This document shows, one piece after another, positions 61,343-64,000 of a DNA stretch of 64,000 nucleotides (position 1 is its first letter; every line of letters starts with the position of its first letter). The notes under the pieces were generated by a model that had not been told where the DNA came from, searched no databases, and worked only from the letters and a program-made list of their open reading frames with translations. Location of the stretch: positions 7,626,001 through 7,690,000 of the forward strand of contig CM035357.1 of NCBI GenBank assembly GCA_020137815.1. Direction: 5' to 3'. Source of the stretch: Hormiphora californensis. Taxonomy: Eukaryota > Animalia > Ctenophora. The translations under genes and the position numbers were made by a program.

Positions 61343-64000
61343 TCTATCTCTCTCACTTAATCTTTATCTCGTTCACTCAGTTTGTAATGTTTGTAATGCT
61401 CACACTGTGTGCGTGTGACTAGAAAGTGTCTAATTTTTCACATACCACTGCAACGGTATTTTACTTTATAATTACTAGTGTTTTTGCAGTGGTCTAAGTT
61501 TTCACAGTACACTGTAACCGGTGGTCACGGTGTACTGTGAAAACTTAGATAACCGGTTAAAATTGTCTAATCTTGCATAATAACAAGAATAAGAGGCATA
61601 ACAGGAGGAGCAGCAGTTACAATAAAATTCTTACCTGCACTCTGACTCTCCCTCCATCTTGACCACTCCCTCCCCGTCCCGGTTACAGACAAATGTAACG
61701 ACAGTTGTGACATTAGTACAATCTACAGTTCCTCCCAGTGTAGTATAGGTCACCTCCAGCTGCCCTTTTATATTCTCTGATACTACTGATACTGTCTCCC
61801 CAACGCTATAACAAGTAACAAGGGGTCAACACTGTGACAAGGGGGGTGGATGAATTGATTGGTTGTCAGGCATTGTCCGACAAGTGACAAGGATGAAATG
61901 AGATAAATCATAAAACATAATTTATCACAATATGATATAATTTTATACCTAACTGGGTGTGTTTCATCTGGTTCTGCATCTGTCTCTGCTCGTGTTGCTA
62001 CACTAACTTGACACACCCTCGTATCCCCGGACTTGTGTTCCTCACACTGCAACACAGGTGTGTTAGAGATTTAATTTTAAGGTGTAGGGTTCATTTCACT
62101 ATTCCAAAGTACGCTGTTCTCTCACAAATCTAACACAAAACCCTGTGTGATGATACCTCTCGTTGTTGTACACTGGTCACTAACCTTATCAAGGGGTTCA
62201 CCACACAACTTCATCCTGTATCTAAAGTGGAAACTGTTTCCCTTCTGGTCAGGGCAAGTACTGGTTGAGTCGAATATCAGTTCAGTGTCTAGTGGACTCA
62301 TATCGTAGGTATGGTTGGAGATGGAGAGAGTGGAAGCAGGGGATGTGACATGTTGTAGAACCTGGGAAGAGGAAATCAGGATTCAAAGACTCTTCGAAAC
62401 CCCATAGTTCATCATTCAACAACTCCTGGCCAATGGAGATACACCTCACAGAAAGGAGATACCGGCTACCCAAAGGACAAGGCTATTTCCACTTTACTTT
62501 AGAGGGCATATCCATGGCATCCGCTCTTATCAAATCAAAATGGCAGTCATAATGTTGGTACCTGGAAGGGAGGTTGTGTGGGCAGGGCATGTCTCACATG
62601 TGGAATGGAACATGTCCTCATCTACAGATGTTCCACTAACTACCACATTCTTTGTATCAACTGGACATGCAACACACGTCCCGTTCTCAACCACCATACC
62701 TGCACGAGAGGGAGGGGGTGTTACTGTAGGTGTCACTTGGACACCACTAGCAAGTTGGTTCTTAGAGGGTCTGGCGAGGCTAATAATATAATCTGATCTG
62801 GTCGTGACTGAGAATCAATATTATTACACCGTCTTACCAGGTGCACAAGCGGTACAATCATCCTCTTTACAGGCCTGACACCAGTAACTCCCTCCCTCCG
62901 CCGTGTTAGTATAGTTAACATTGCTCAGCTGCAGGTAGGTTCCAGGACCCCCCTCTAGGAGGAGAGAGTAGGTTGCCGAGGGTAGGACGTGCTCGTATCT
63001 GTAGATGGTGTCAGTAGAGGACCTGGTGAACTGTTTCACAACCTCACGAAGAGTGGCCCCTGATGACTCTTGTTGGTGCTCCTGGGAGGGAAGAAGATGT
63101 CATTATAACTTGTCATTACTTGTCATAGTTCGAAGCCCCTGCTGTTCTTTTGGTATCGAAGACACCTCACACTCTGTCGCCGGGCGACCTTCGCGCGCGC
63201 TGGCAAGGGGTAACTTCGTAACCAAGCTGTTCTTGTGAGTTGTACCTACTATTCAAACTGCTGCGGGTCCGGGGTTTGGAAAAGACAACTTGTGAGAGGG
63301 GGTACGTACCAGAATGACGAATAGAGAGCAATGTCCAACACAATTCAAATTGAACTTTAGAGTGAAGAACCCGTATACGCTCTGAGTTAACTTCCTCTCA
63401 GCGAATGTTACTTCTAAACAAGAAAAGTGTGATCAGTTCAACGACAATAATTATCGGAGCTAACCTGCAGCTATACCTATTCAAGGATTTCACATTATGT
63501 CAAGCATCGTGATGACCCTTTCTCCGGCACTTCACTGTGAGCAGAGCGATGAGAGTGGTCGGGCATGGCGGTAACTTTTATATTAATCTGAGCAATTAAT
63601 ACTTACTGCCGAACAAGATACTGATTGGCATGCCATTATGGGGTCGTCCCAGAAGGAAGGAACCAGCAGGCTGCCAACAGTGAGGGTCGGATACAGTCCA
63701 ATCCTTGGGGATGTTATCCCACCATACCTGGTACAAACCTGTAGGGGGTGGCAGGGGGTGATACCGGGGGTGATACAGGGGGTGGCAGGAGCTGGGGTGA
63801 TACTGGGAGAAAGTCGAAGTGGGACCTGTAGTAGTGGGAGGTGGGGGACCTGCAAGGGGTGGCAGGGGGTGATACTGGAAGAAAGGAAGTGGGACCTGTT
63901 GTGGGAGGTGGGGGACCTGCAAGGGGTGGCAGGGGGTGATACTGGGAGAACGGAAGTGGGACCTGTTGTAGGAGGTGGGGGACCTGCAAGGGGTGGCAGG
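58520..64000 (-). CDS. ELAPOR: ELAPOR/KIAA1324 (UPF0577)-like type I membrane protein, 3' part; the gene starts beyond the window
   Basis: NVNYTNTAEGGSYWCQAC, Cys-rich repeats (CVACPVDT, CETCP), FRYRMKLCG, a TM helix followed by CWYSSTLKHQLDGYSRL, and acidic FAWQDEDSDDDD; stop at 58520. Confidence 0.7.
58697..59458 (+). repeat. G-rich minisatellite, ~41-bp unit, ~18 copies
   Basis: gaggggtggagagaaggggttacaagaggggacatagtgggagg is repeated, with interspersed variant units. Confidence 0.95.
60496..60653. mobile_element. MITE with ~29-bp TIRs
   Basis: tttctatcttgtcgggaagcatcgccccc / gggggcgatacttcccgacaagatagaaa. Confidence 0.7.
60979..61384. mobile_element. Fold-back element whose arms contain (GA)n/(CT)n
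   Basis: caaactgagtgaaagagataaagatt-(GA)n ... (CT)n-aatctttatctcgttcactcagtttg. Confidence 0.7.
63745..64000 (+). repeat. G-rich intronic minisatellite, ~65-bp unit
   Basis: ggaagtgggacctgttgtgggaggtgggggacctgcaaggggtggcagggggtgatactgg is repeated. Confidence 0.85.

Overview
Gene-dense, intron-rich animal genomic DNA. Divergent metazoan genes, short introns, nested intronic genes and unpaired splice acceptors just before start codons suggest an early-branching animal, most likely a ctenophore (inference, not proven). Genes in order: PINK1-like kinase (-, runs off left edge); GH35 beta-galactosidase with an internal deletion (+); degenerate SMPDL3-like phosphodiesterase (+); alpha-spectrin (+, ~21 kb), with two head-to-head sulfotransferase genes in one intron; plant-type C2-domain phospholipase D (+); PSMD6/Rpn7 (-); a 156-aa mitochondrial single-pass membrane protein missed by the ORF track (-); TMX3 (-); FIS1 (+); SAP30 (+), with a solitary Polinton/adintovirus penton-like ORF and a hammerhead-ribozyme-like motif in intron 2; ELAPOR/KIAA1324-like (-, runs off right edge). 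Mobile DNA includes L2/CR1 LINE fragments, an ORF1-only LINE derivative, several MITEs, a hairpin-bounded element carrying an XPNPEP1 fragment, and a duplicated segment whose two copies record each other's insertion histories. All family calls come from manual translation and motif recognition; no database search was run, and exon boundaries are manual estimates.
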